NCBI GenBank assembly: GCA_030704615.1
Contig: CM060731.1
Coordinates: forward strand, 7,068,001-7,132,000
DNA: 64,000 bases
Reading direction: 5' to 3'
From: Takakia lepidozioides
Lineage: Eukaryota; Plantae; Bryophyta
Within the stretch, counting starts at the first letter, position 1. Each line of letters opens with the position of its first letter. Below the pieces are notes generated by a model. The model was given only the letters and a program-made list of their open reading frames with translations. It did not search any database and was not told where the DNA came from. Position numbers and translations under genes: made by a program. Positions 27,135 to 39,901 of this stretch are shown here, piece by piece.

Positions 27135-30114
27135 ATGGAGGATATTTCGGATCTCCAGAGATCGATGAGTAAATCTCACCCTCTAGTGGAGCTCAATATG
27201 TCCACAATCCACGACAGTATCGCAGACTTTTCGGAGAAAATGGTGCTTCTTCACTTCCCTGGAAGAAAAGTTGACAGAGATCATGCAAGGGATTGGGCCA
27301 TCTGTCACTTAGGGGGGTCTGGCGACCTTAATCATCATTTCTGCCACTCCAGGGGCCAAGGATTCTTCTCGGTTCTTTTGGATTCAAAGGAAGCTGCAGA
27401 TAGGGCACTTTCTTTTAATCCCCACCTGGCTGGTTTTAATGTTAACATTTTTCCTTAGTCGAGTGCTATGGGCAACAAAAATGGAAAGGTGTGGAGTCCC
27501 AGGATCATTGCCTTGCCATATATCCCGGACCAGTATCTCTTCAGTTTGCCCGAGATAGGGAACTTCTTGGGGGAGTATTTGGGATGTTTGGCGGTGTTCG
27601 ACCCCCAGAACTGTCCGGAAGCCCTGAAGAATAATCTTGCTTGGAGGGGGGCCTCGATTTCATCAAAGGCACATGAGAATGGGTTTCCTAAGATTGTTAT
27701 AATGATGCCTGATGATGCAATCATCCCTGAATTTATTCATCTCCCCATTGATGACAAAGGCAACTTCTTCTCGGTTAAATTATCTGAGGACACTACCTCT
27801 ACGGTCTGCTACTACTGTGGACGTATGGGGCATCTCAAAGCTGTTTGCCCAAAGGCCCAAAAGAAAAGAACTAGGTCCCCGTTGGAGGCAGATCAGCAGC
27901 CTGCCGCCGCCCCTCAAAGGCATTTCTACGATCCGAAGGGGAAGTCCCTTGTCTTCTCCCAGGACACGCACCATGCAAAGAGGGCGGCATCGAATGCAGG
28001 CAAAAGAGACCTGCCAGATTGGGTTCCTCAGGCCTCTAGTCATGCTCAGCCACCAAATCACAAACGGTCAGCCTCGCAAGACCCCATGCTTTTGGAGGCC
28101 ATTGGCAGTGTTTCCTTGGTGTTTAGCAACAGGGATGGACTTGATCCACTGGCAAGAAACATCAGGCAAGATGATCCGAACAACTTCCCCTCCAGGCCCC
28201 CAGCACCCCTTTTGGTAATGATCTAGCACTGCCCAGAAGCTCCCTTCATCTCTCCGCATCCTCCTCAATTGCCTACAATCCAGTCATAGCCAGAATTTGC
28301 ACCAGTCTTCATTCCTTCCCCGCTCTGTCCCTTCCGGGCTCCTCAACCTTATTTTCTCAATCCTACTCCAAAGCTACTTGTGTGACTCCATTGATTTTCC
28401 GTAGATCCCCAGCCCCTACCTTCCTTGCCACGGAGGGCTACGCTGTCAGCTTTGAATCCATCTGGATTTCCAATAGCGATGTTTCTATTTTCATGGCCAA
28501 ATCTCCCATTGACTGTAGTCCAATCCCCACTCTCAGAAACAAGATCAACTCCTTCCTTCATTCAAAGTTTCCTCACTATGTGCTCCCAGCCACTGCTCAG
28601 GTCAGTTGGGGCACCTACATTGAGGACCATCCCGCTCTAGGAGTTAATCTTTCGTCTTCTACCCAAATTCTAGCCCTCTTGGAGGAGAAGGACCTGCTAC
28701 TTACCCAAAAGATGCAGGAATGGAGATGGATCCAGCCTTCCCCGTCTTGCCGGGCCCTCATCAGAGCCAGTGACACTATGCGCAATGGCTTTGCCCTGCT
28801 CTAGGCCCCTATGGAATCGGAAGAGGTGCAAGAGAATGAGGAACTTCAGGGCCAGAGAGTCCAAAGAGTACCAGGGACCTGTCCATGACATTGTTCGAGC
28901 TGATCCGGGGAGCCCCATAGGATATCATCAGCAGCAACAGGCTTGGCCTCAGCCCCCCTACTCCTCACCTAGACCGGATGCGGGTGCAAGGGCTCCGTCA
29001 AACTTGTCACCCCCGGCCGCCACGCTCCTGCCATCACCAACTCCGGCTCCACTGGTCTGCCTCCACAACAACAGATTGCGGCTTTTACGTCTCTGTGTTA
29101 TGACTGCAAATGCAGTCATGGAAGCCATTTACGACTTCCTGACTCTGAAGACGTAAAGCCCTAGTCAGTTGTGACATGGCAGATATGACTCTCCAGGCTG
29201 GCTATGACGTGGCGCCTGAGCAGCTGTGGGGGTAGTCATACACGCTGGCTTTACTGAATGACTGAACGGACAGTTAGTCCATGTCAACGGCTGTGCAAGA
29301 GTGACACGTGCTCGATACAGGAAATGACACGTAGCAAAGTGTTCGTTCTCCATGACTGCGAACTATGACTACAGGTGTGCTAATCCGGTTGCAACATGTG
29401 GCGCGTTGCAATTTTTACACGTGGTCCCTCAGCAGATTAACATGTGTCATGATGGGTGTTTTTTTTGGGTGTATTGCTATTTTTTTACATATTTGTAATT
29501 ATGCCACGTGGTGTAGTACTATTGGAGAGTGAAAATAGATGTAGTCATTATTATGACTATGACAGTACTCATATACATGTCTATTACAACAATAATATAT
29601 AATATATAATACAAAGAGAACAAAGCAGCAAGACATAACTGCAACAAGCTGAGCAAAACCAAGAGATTGTACACCATCTCTATTTACCAATATTTATCAT
29701 TATCATTATCGTACAGATCTAAAAATACATGAAATTGTCACATGTTCTCATGTGAATTAATTGTCTAACTATAACACTTTGAAAAGTGTTCACCCATAAT
29801 CTTCTAACTACTTATGTATTCCATCAATCTGCAACCCATCAAAAACTAAGGCTTGCATGTCTTTAAGAATTATTACAACAAGGACATATGTTTTTTTTCC
29901 AGGTTCTTGCATAAGATGCGCCAACCAACATTGCATTGTGAGATACTCACTCGCTATACTCTCCAAAGCGTCCAGGGAAGGTCACTAAGCAACCTGCCAA
30001 GGCGAAAACAATAGAGAATTATCTAATACCATATATGAAAAACCAGTAACTTCTATCCCATGGACTCGTAAACAAACCAAAGCAAAAAGGTTGGTGTGTG
30101 TTGGCGAAGTTAAC

Positions 30115-31097
30115 CTTGCATAGCCAACGTGGGCTTTCTGGAGTGTATGCCATGCCCAAACAAAGGAGGACACTGCAGCCAATGCAAACATGCTACGCCA
30201 CCTGTTTTATCACCCCAAAGAAAGAATCTGACGTCCATTTCCATACAAGGCAACGTCTCACAGTGGCATCCAATTAACTTTGATTGAATACATGTTCAAT
30301 TTGCGAAACAATGTACCAACCATTTACCCAACACCAATATTGTCTACCTTGCACTCACTCAAAGGACCATTTTGGCCACCACAAATGCCCATTACAGATA
30401 CTATGCCTTCCAACTAACTGGACCAAATGTCATGTGCCTCTATATGACTGGAAGGCCTAAAGCCCTTCACCCTCAAGACAAGAAAGACTAGAATACAGAA
30501 ACAAATCATGTTGCACATGTTCTTTGAATATTTCATCTGTCCACAAACACATCAGTGTCCAATCAGTATCAGGCAGGGTTGCCACTCAGGGGAAGCCCCC
30601 ACAATAAGAGCCATCAGAATGCCCACACAGATGGAAAGTTAGTTCGTTGTTCCCAGTGTACCACGGATCTCTGTAGGAGACACCTGCCATTGCCACCCCA
30701 GTGCTCCCTTTCTCAGCCTTGTGCTCCAATGTCATGGATATGAGGTGCAACAACAAATATCCCAAACAACTTTGCAAGGTACCATAGGGTGTCACATGGT
30801 TCTCTTCATAGTTTACTATGATGTGGTTAACTACTTCAAAAGCTCAGGGATTACTGAGCAGCATTGATCTCAAGCATAAAGTTACTGACTGCATTTGGCT
30901 CTATGATAGAGGTTAAACCATGCAATAAAACCATTTTCTAACACTGCTCTCGTAGACACTAGTGAAAGTTGGGAAGGAGACGAGAACAAAGCCTTACCTC
31001 TGATATGTACAGGGGCACTACGCTAGATGAAATTCCAATACCGATCCCCGCCAAGATCCGTCATATTATCATACTCTCGAAACCACTTGATGTTGCA
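30115..31097 (-). pseudogene. Captured fragment of a plastidic glucose transporter (pGlcT-like MFS sugar transporter): three exons 30998-31097, 30570-30683, 30115-30201 with introns
   Basis: ATSSGFESMII*RILAGIGIGISSSVVPLYISE | VSPTEIRGTLGTTN*LSICVGILMALIVG..PLSGNPAW | WRSMFALAAV...LGMAYTPESPRWLCK. Splice signals are mostly retained; stops and indels are present. Confidence 0.88.
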
Positions 31098-31689
31098 CTG
31101 CGCCAACCAAGCATACCACATTTTCATCCTTTGGTCACAAACCTTGCAAGCAGTTTGCCAGAGGAATTACACATCAACAAATGTCTGTACTCAAATTTTT
31201 CAACGTGGTTGTGAGGAGCAACCTCCACTACAACAATCGAGCGAAGGTAGCCTCTCTTGACCCTAAACCCTAACCTTGTGTCATGACCCATGGAGGATTT
31301 GACTGACCATGAACCCAAGAGGACCTCTTGTGTGTGCTGCTTGTGTCTGTAGTCAGGTAATGTCGGATTGGTCTGTCAGAACCACCACGGTGCAGCTGAA
31401 CGGGTAGAGATTGAAACACGGCCTGCTAAGACCAAGTTGAATCTCCCAAGAACTGCGAGTTCCCAGTCGAAACCTCCTCGGACACATACCCTAGCATTTC
31501 TAGGACGCTTGCTTCAGATGCAAAGGTTGCTCCAACTGCGGGCCTCCCATGCATGTTTGCCCTCCCTCCCGCTCGTTCGTTCTAAGTCCCAACCCTCTCT
31601 CTCTCTCCCTCCCGCTCGCTCTAAGTCTGTTCACTGCTACGTGATGGGCAACTTTTTAAGTTTTTTAACCTTTTTGTATACCCTAAAAG

Positions 31690-31910
31690 TTTTTTTTTTT
31701 AATTTTATTTATTAAATTAAATTCTTAAAGGAAACCACAGGCCCTTGAGGAGGGGGAAAAATTCACCCGCCTTCATTTATGGGCCATAAGACCTACAGGA
31801 CGATCAACGCCCAGACATACCGTCACGAACAATCCCACACACGGGATATGGGCAACGGGTTTGAACCCCAAACCACCAAGGCGACACACTGTGCACTTAC
31901 CAGCCGATGT
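31690..31910 (-). mobile_element. tRNA-derived SINE inside CACTA 1
   Basis: Minus strand has an A-box-like GGCTGGTAAGTGCAC, a B-box GGTTCAAACCC, a tRNA-unrelated body and an AT-rich/poly(A) tail. Confidence 0.7.
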
Positions 31911-34900
31911 GTTTTTTTTTATATCTTTTTGCACTTTGATTTTTTTATTTTTTTATTTTTAATTCATTCTAGTTGTCAGAGTCTCCGTTTTTTCAAAATA
32001 TAAATACTCATATATTATATATATAACCAGAAAAGAATGTGTCGACACGTGCAGTCATGTAGCGATTCATCCATGTGATGATCTGGCAGAATGCATTAGA
32101 GTGAGAGTCATGAAGTCATATGTCTGTCTAGCAATATGCACATGTCATTCCAGTGTAGCCATGACCGTGACTGGTAGTCATATCTGCCATGCCAATATTC
32201 GTGGTCAAACATGTTTGACCTGTGTTGCGCAGAGTCCGGAGCCATGTAGTCGCATATACGCCTTCCCCAGACCTGCATTATGACTTCAAAAGCATTTTAC
32301 GACTGCAAACGGCATTTCTGCCACAAATATGTCATGACTGCACACCCATGGGAGTCATAAAAGCCGCAATCTGTTGTAGTGCTCCCTATCGCCCCCAGTA
32401 CCCGGTGAGTGGCCTCCCTATTGTCATTCCCTTCCTTATTTTCGACCCATCTCCCTTAAACCCCAACAAAGGTAACGTGTTGTACCTCAGAACCAGGTCA
32501 CCCCTGCCATGTGCCTAGAAAATTCTACCCTCAATTTCCTACACTCTATCAGATGGAGACTTTTCGATGTATTTTGGAGTAGGGTCTGGACCTCTTCCCC
32601 TGGCCATACCAGATCCTCTCAAACTTTATTCTTATCTCGGATTTCTTCATGCAACTTTCGGGTAGACCTAGGGTGGTGCGCACATCGTGGATGCCCTACT
32701 CAAAGATTCAACCTCTCCCGGGGGATGACTCATTCTACCAACATAGCCTGAGCACCCTTATCATGGCCATAGAGTTGGACAAGCCAGTAGATGCAGCCCC
32801 ATACAATCACTTCTGGAAGACAACCCTATTGCCTTCTGATAAAAGAACTAAGTTCCATTTCCATTCAGACAGGCCATCATTTGAGTCCTTCCCGCTCAGC
32901 CTGACACACCTACAAGATGCTGGTTAGTTTTTCCTCTTGGAATATAAGGGATTTTGGCTCCGACCACTCAGCCCTCAAGAAAATTAGGCTGAGAGCATGG
33001 CTGGCTCCCCTTATCCCAACTGATGCCATTGTCTTTCTGCAGGAACATAAGCTAGATGATCTCAAAATTAGGAATCTTTCTGATAATCTGTGGCCTCTTG
33101 CTTCCGCTCTCTGAAAGCCTTCATCCGAAGGATCAAGGGGGGGTACAACCATCCTCCTTTCCCCTTCCATTAGGCAATTTTTGGTTAAAGATGAAATTTG
33201 GGAGCTGGGAAGGGTCCAGTTCTGCTCCCTGTTGCTCCCGTCAGACCCGAAACCCGTAGGCCTGGTTAACATTTATGCCCCTAATAATGCAATGGATCGT
33301 TCTGCCCTATGGGAGATGATTAACTTGAACATTTGCAGCCATAAGGAAATCAACAATTGGGTTCTAGGGGGGGACTTCAATAGAAGGGGTTCTGCGACAA
33401 CACCCCTCAACCCGGAGGAAGAGGCAATATGACATTCTCTCCTCCAAACTCACAGCCTGATGAAAATCCTCCCTGACACCCATCTTAATCTAGGCTCCTT
33501 CCCCCACTTCACCTGGTCTAACAACAGGGCACTGGAACACCTCAGTATGGCCCGCCTGGATAGATTTTACCTCTCGTTGGCTTTATCCATCAATGCTACT
33601 AGAAAGCCGCAGGAACCCATTGCCCATGGTTTTGATCACGCCCTCATTGAAGCTTCGCTGTCTTTCCCTAACGCTCATCGTAGAGGTAGGGGTATTTACA
33701 GGCTAAATTCCTCCCTTCTCAATATTCCATCCTTTAAGCAGGCATTAAAGGATAAATGGCATAATTCAGGCAACCATTTAAACTGCCCCATAGAGAGATT
33801 TACCTCTAAGCTGGCGGCTACCTGTAGATGCAGCCAGATCCTTAGTAAAGACATTGCTGCAGCCAGATCCAGGAAGGTTAGAGCCCTTAAAAAATGTCTT
33901 GAGGTGTGCCAAATAAAAATCAAATCTCGCACATGCGATGTCCATACGATTCAGACTTACCTTGAGGTCAGATTCAATCTGGGGATATTTCAGGAACAAC
34001 AACAGGAAAAAATGAGAATGCAAGCAGGGGTCAATTGGTCTGCCAAAGGTGAGAAAATGTCTAAGTATTTCTTTCAGAAAACCAAGCTTAGAAGGGCCAT
34101 GCAAACCATTCCTGAGTTATATATTGACAGTCAGGGCAACAAATCTTCCAAACCAAAGGAGCTCTGTGGGATGGCTTTCAAGCACTTCAGCTCCCTGTTC
34201 CAAGCAGATCCGGTGGGGGTGGACAACATCCAGTTGCTTCACGCATGCCTGCAATCTACCCCCAGTCAGTACAGGGAAGGGGATGACCAACCCTTGTCCA
34301 AAGAACTCACCCCTATGGAGCTGGAGGATGCTCTGGACCATATGAGCAAGGGTAAAACTCCCGGTCTTGACGGTATGCCAATGGAGTTTTACAAGGCCCT
34401 CTGGCCTCGCATCGCTCAAGAGTTTTGTGACATGGCAAATGAAATCCACAGGAAAGGTGCTATGTCAGGTTCCATGTCTCAAGGGGTCATTACTCTCCTT
34501 TTTAAAAAAGGGGATAGGGCAGACATTAATAATTATAGGCCCATAACGCTGCTTAACGTGGCCTATAAAATTATTGCCAAGGCCCTGGCTCTCAGGCTCC
34601 AGCCCCTTCTCCCTTCGTTGATTAGAACAGGTCAAGCCGGTTTTGTAAAAGGGAGGTATATATTGGATAATGTCCTTCTGGCCCAGGAGGCGGATGCATA
34701 CGCCAGGGCATCAAATCAGGCGCTGGCACTCTGGCTGCTTGACTTTGAGAAGGCTTTCGACAAAGTGGGTTGGGACTTTCTTCTGCCGGTTCTGCAACAA
34801 TGTGGGGTGTCACCTTCGTTCTGCAAGTGGGTTATCCTTATCCGCAACAGCTCCAGCAGGGTTATTATTAATGGTCATTTGTCAAAACCCTTTGCACGAT

Positions 34901-36852
34901 TGACACCTTCTGCAAGGTATCAGGTTTCAGGGTGAATTGGTCGAAAACCAAGGCTCTTCTGGTGGGAGATATTTCAAAGTCAGGTCTGGGGGTCTCCCCT
35001 GTATGGGGGGCTAACTTGGGATTGATCTGGCTCAAGGAAGGGGAGTCCACCACCCTCTTGGGCCACGTCTTCGGGATTAATCTCTCTGAAGACCAACGTC
35101 TGGGACCCACTATAGCCAGGCTGAAGGGGCAACTAACTTTCTGGGGCTCTCGGTTCCTCTCCATTTCTGGGAGAGCTCTGGTGGCTAACCAGATCCTTTT
35201 GGCCGGTATTTGGTATTTCGCCTCAACCTGGAGCCCCAGCTCTAAACATATCCACGAAATCAAAAAGTGTATTAGAAACTTTATATGGGGGGTCCAATCG
35301 TTGGACTCTAACAAACGTCCCCAGGTCTCTTGGATTCAAATCATAATGCCCAAGAAAATGGGTGGCCTCGGTGTCTTGGATCCTGAAACCTAGATCAAAG
35401 CCTTGTTGGGAAAATGGCTCCCCAGATTCCTGAGTCCAGAAGCAGGATGGTGGAAACCTATGGTTCCCTCAGTTCACCCCTGAGCTCCACTCAATGGTCT
35501 CCATCTCTAAGATGGATCACTCAAGGTTATCGTCATAAATCCCCTGCCTCCTTTTGGACCTCTATTTGGCTGGCTTGGGGGAAGTGCAGCGTAAAAGAGA
35601 GCCTGCTTCCTTTTGTGAAGTGCTCAGGCAACACCTATTCCTAAACAAGCCAGTCCCATCAGCAGTGGAGAGGAGCCAAGCTACAAGATGGGCAGGGTGG
35701 GATGCAAGGGGGCTCTCATAGGTCTCCCATCTATGGTTCAGTACCCCTGTATCTCTTTCCAGAACTCTAGGCACCCAAAGACTCTCTGCCGGTATTGCCT
35801 CAGTTCTGCAATCAATTCCAGACTCGTGGAGGGACATTCTAAGACAGGGCCCATCCTCTCCGTCTCTTTATCAGTGGGTGACCACACCTGATCACCATTT
35901 TCAGGCCATGTTCATAACGGAAGCCTCGTGTGATAACCTGGTGGGTTTCGCATTCAGGGCCCATCTGTATATAGGTGCTCTCTCGCTGCACTCATCCAAC
36001 TCCATCTCAATCATATACAAACACCCCACCAGCCAGAATCTGCCACTGGAACTCTAAGCTCAAAGATTTTAATCCATCCCTACCATCCAACATGCAGGTT
36101 CTACCATGGTTATGATCAGGAACCTTCATATGGATTGGAGGCCAGTCCATCCAAGATCTGCAAATCGACCCGGCAGAATGGCAATGGGAACCCAAAAAAG
36201 GGACGACAGATGGGGCTTATTCCAATTTAGAGAGGAAAACTGGAAGTGCATATGGGCTCCGATTTGGGCAAAATCAAAACCAGCCAAACTCAGTGCCTTT
36301 CTTTGGCAGATTGCAAGTAGGGTTTTGAAGGTTGGGCAATTTCTAAACTTCCAAGAGGTTCTACTCTGCAGATGCTGCCCCATTGGGGTTATTGAGTCTT
36401 TGGAACACTGCCTTCTTTTCTGTAGAGGGCCGTAAAAAATCTGGCCCTTGGTTTGGTCACTTTACAGGGTTTGGTCAAACACCGCTCAGGACCCCATAGC
36501 CCTCCTGCTAAATTACAACCAAACAACCAAGTCCAAGGTGTCCACATGCCCAGTATTCGAGGCCCTCCGCTTGGCAACACTATGGCAAATCTAGAAGGCT
36601 CGGTGCAGATGGACATTAAACAATGCTTCCTCCTCCTGTACAGAAATCCCTATGATGTTACTATTGCAGCTAAGTTGGCCTGGCAAAAACCATGTCCAGA
36701 AGCAGACAGAAACCTGAACGAAAAGATTCCCTCCTCGCCTACTTCAGAGCATCTTGGGGAAGAGGAGGAATCATTTGTTGCATCATTGATACGGACTCCT
36801 GTACATGGGCAGACTCCATACCTGAACTCTGGAAACACCGATGGGGCACCGT

Positions 36853-39800
36853 CACTACAAGAGATGAGCGTTTTTAGGACTACGGATTTGGCGGAGTCAT
36901 AAAAACGGCACTAGGTACACGACTACAGAGCGCTGAAATGAGTTGCAGTCATAGTTTTATCACTTTATAGTAATGGATATCACTACATGACTCCGAAAAA
37001 TTAGGGAGCATTGGTCAAACATTGTTGACCATGATGACAAGGATGGTTTTATGACTAGTGTGATATGTTTGACTAGACGTGGACGACGTTTCATGGAATC
37101 TTGTGACTCCATGACTGAAGATGGTTTTACAGCTCTATTTATACGACTACATCCCTACACGTGTCATTTTGAAAGCACATACACGAATGTATTCATCCAT
37201 TAGATGAGTTTATCCATCGATGACATGGCATGTAAACTTATGAGTCCCTTACTGCAAATTGTTTCATAACTCTATATATATGACTACATCACTACACATG
37301 TCATTTAAAAGGCATATACATTAATGAATTCATTCAATGGATGGGTTCATCCATCCGCCTATACGGTGTGTCGATTTGATATCTGTTCAATAAATTGGAC
37401 CTGGATGGACGTGGCTTAACAAGGATCGCAAGATATATGAGATTAAAATACGTGGTTGTACAAGGTTAGATCATGTGATGGAAATTATTTTGAATCGTTA
37501 GATTTTACAGGATCTAACGGTCTAGATTGTTTAAGATCTAACGGTTTAAGATTACACCACCAAACTTTACACCGGGCTGGGACTTAGGCTTTTTTGTCTC
37601 CTGCGTTTCACCATCTATTTGATGTTGTGTCATGGAACGCGATGATCGTAGGATATGCAGGGGCGTGGGATGGAGGCTTTGCAGACCTTCCTACTCTTGA
37701 GCAAATGATGCAGGAAGGAGAAGAGGAGGAGGAGAGGAGACGAGAAGAAGATCCCAACATTCTTGTGAGCTCGCCGTTTTTGGGAGAGAGACGAGACGAG
37801 GAGACGCTCGCCGTTCTTGGGAGAGTCAGCTTGGTCTTAGCAGGCCGTGTTTCAATCTCTGCCTGCTCAGCTGCACCGTGGTGGTTCGATCTCACATACC
37901 AATCCAACATTACCTGACTACAGATACAAGCAGCACACACAAGGGGTCATTTTGGGCTGATGGTCGGTCAAATCCTCTATGGGTCATGATACAAGATAAA
38001 GGACAATGTGGTGAGGATACCTTCTTCTTTGACCTATTTCAGCCTGTTTTGCTCTGTTTGGCAGCATGAAAGTATCCAAAAACAGGTAATAGAGATGAGG
38101 AGAAGCTTTGGAATGAACACTTTTCCGACCCCAGTCAATGGCGAGACAATGGAGACAAAAAGGTGAATGCATGTTGGACTACACTAGAGAGAAGTAGATG
38201 CAATTTAGAATTAGAACTACTGTAATAATTAGGGTTGGGGTTTGCTGGAAGAACTTCACGCCGTCAGTATCAGCTGCTAGCAGCAAGTATTCATGATTTG
38301 TACACAGACAGGGGTAGCTAAAGGACCAGGGATAGAGGTCCAGGTTCATCCAAGAGGGTTTTTAAGGTTTCATCCATACTGAATGAAATTTTTGTTATAA
38401 CCATAACTGGATGATTTACAGGCAGATATGCATTTCAATGCATTTTAGGTTTATGCTCCTTTGATTTAAACCTATTGAATGCCCATTTTTCATCCTGGTC
38501 TGATACCATCCATACCGGATGGTGGATGAAATCGCGGGTGGTTTTCCTTTAAGTGTCTCTCTGCCCTAGACACAGCACGATATCGTGCGTGTTTTTTTTT
38601 CTTTGGAAGAGGGCGATGGCGGACGAATGCTCGATGGCGGCTGAATGCCCGAGCAGCAAGATCCGAACGGGTGTGTTCTTGTTTTTTGAACGCGCGATGA
38701 CAGCAGACACTTTCATCTCCCGCGATGGCAAATGACATACTGTTATGTTTGCCTACGTTTTTTTCTCATTGATGAAGCAGCGGCGGTTATGGAGGTGGGG
38801 AAGCGGCCTGTATTACAAGTTACAACTTGTCCTCAACTCTCCTCCCGTTGCATTCTGTTGTGCTCGTTCAAATTCAAATGATGAACACTGCAGCGTCCTA
38901 CTCCACAAAAGATTGAGGTTATTCGTGGTGTCACATCTATGCTTTCTTCTGCTGGTTCTGTGATCTTTGCATGCTTTATGGCTCATACCTGACATGGATA
39001 GCAACTATGAAATCCTGTAATTCACCTCGCGCATCGTCACTAACGCACAAAACATTTTTTGTGTTTGTTTTTGGGACGGGCGCAGGTGAGGGATTTCACT
39101 TGGCATGAACTCTTTGGCTTGCAGATGATCTGGTTACTGCAGGAGGGATAAGATATGCTGCAAGCTGTCGTTGTTGCAATTTTCTGCTTCAAAGCTGCTT
39201 CAAGGGGGATATGCCTTAAACCTTTACTTTGATTTCTGGTTCTTGGTAACCAAATCTATTAAGTCAGGGAAGTAAATGGGCTGGGCCTCCTAGAAATCAG
39301 ACCTTATTGTGAAGGTTCGGGCTGGTTGTGATGACAAGGGTTTGGTGATGCAAGTGTGACATTGGATGCATTTTTCCAGACCTATTTTCTGGTCTTTTGG
39401 AGAGTCAGACAGTGTTGTTTATGCCTCACCAGTTTAGAATGTATTAAGTAAGGCATTGGGTAAGCCTTTTTATGAACACATACATTCTTTCAGGCTCCCC
39501 CATGGAGATTATAACCTGATTACAGACTGGTATTTTTGAGGATCTCTCTAAAACTTGGCAGAGTGACTGGATAAGGCCCTAGGATACATACCATAGCCCT
39601 GCATCTACTTATGGAAGTACAATCAGTTCAGCTTGTGCTTTTAGGAACATACAAGTCCTTTAAAGCTGTAATAGGGAATTGTTTTCATCAAAGCTCTCAC
39701 TCTTAGGCCTGCTGGAATGGTTTTCTCAAAGACCTGTTGAGCTTACAACATACTTGTTTAAGCTATTTGAACCCAAGAATTACCAAGCCAGTATTTTTAA

Positions 39801-39866
39801 AGGGCTTTTTTGATTACGAACTGTATTCTTAAGCTCCCCCCAGAGATTGGGAATGTGACATGGTAA

Positions 39867-39901
<35 letters not shown>

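Larger units (their letters stand above)
29064..32381. mobile_element. Non-autonomous Pack-CACTA element 1 (3.3 kb)
   Basis: 24-bp TIRs CAC(A/T)ACAACAGATTGCGGCTTTTA, 3-bp TSD CTC (29061-63 and 32382-84), dense ATGACT/AGTCAT subterminal repeats, no transposase. Confidence 0.95.

Noticed and set aside
31845-31910. Functional tRNA gene
   Set aside because: Only A/B-box-like segments are present; there is no complete acceptor stem or cloverleaf, and it continues into a body and poly(A) as expected for a SINE.
38497-38508. tRNA-Met PBS-like TGGTATCAGA (minus strand) inside CACTA 2, and similar at ~221-229
   Set aside because: No adjacent LTR end or gag sequence; such short matches are expected by chance.
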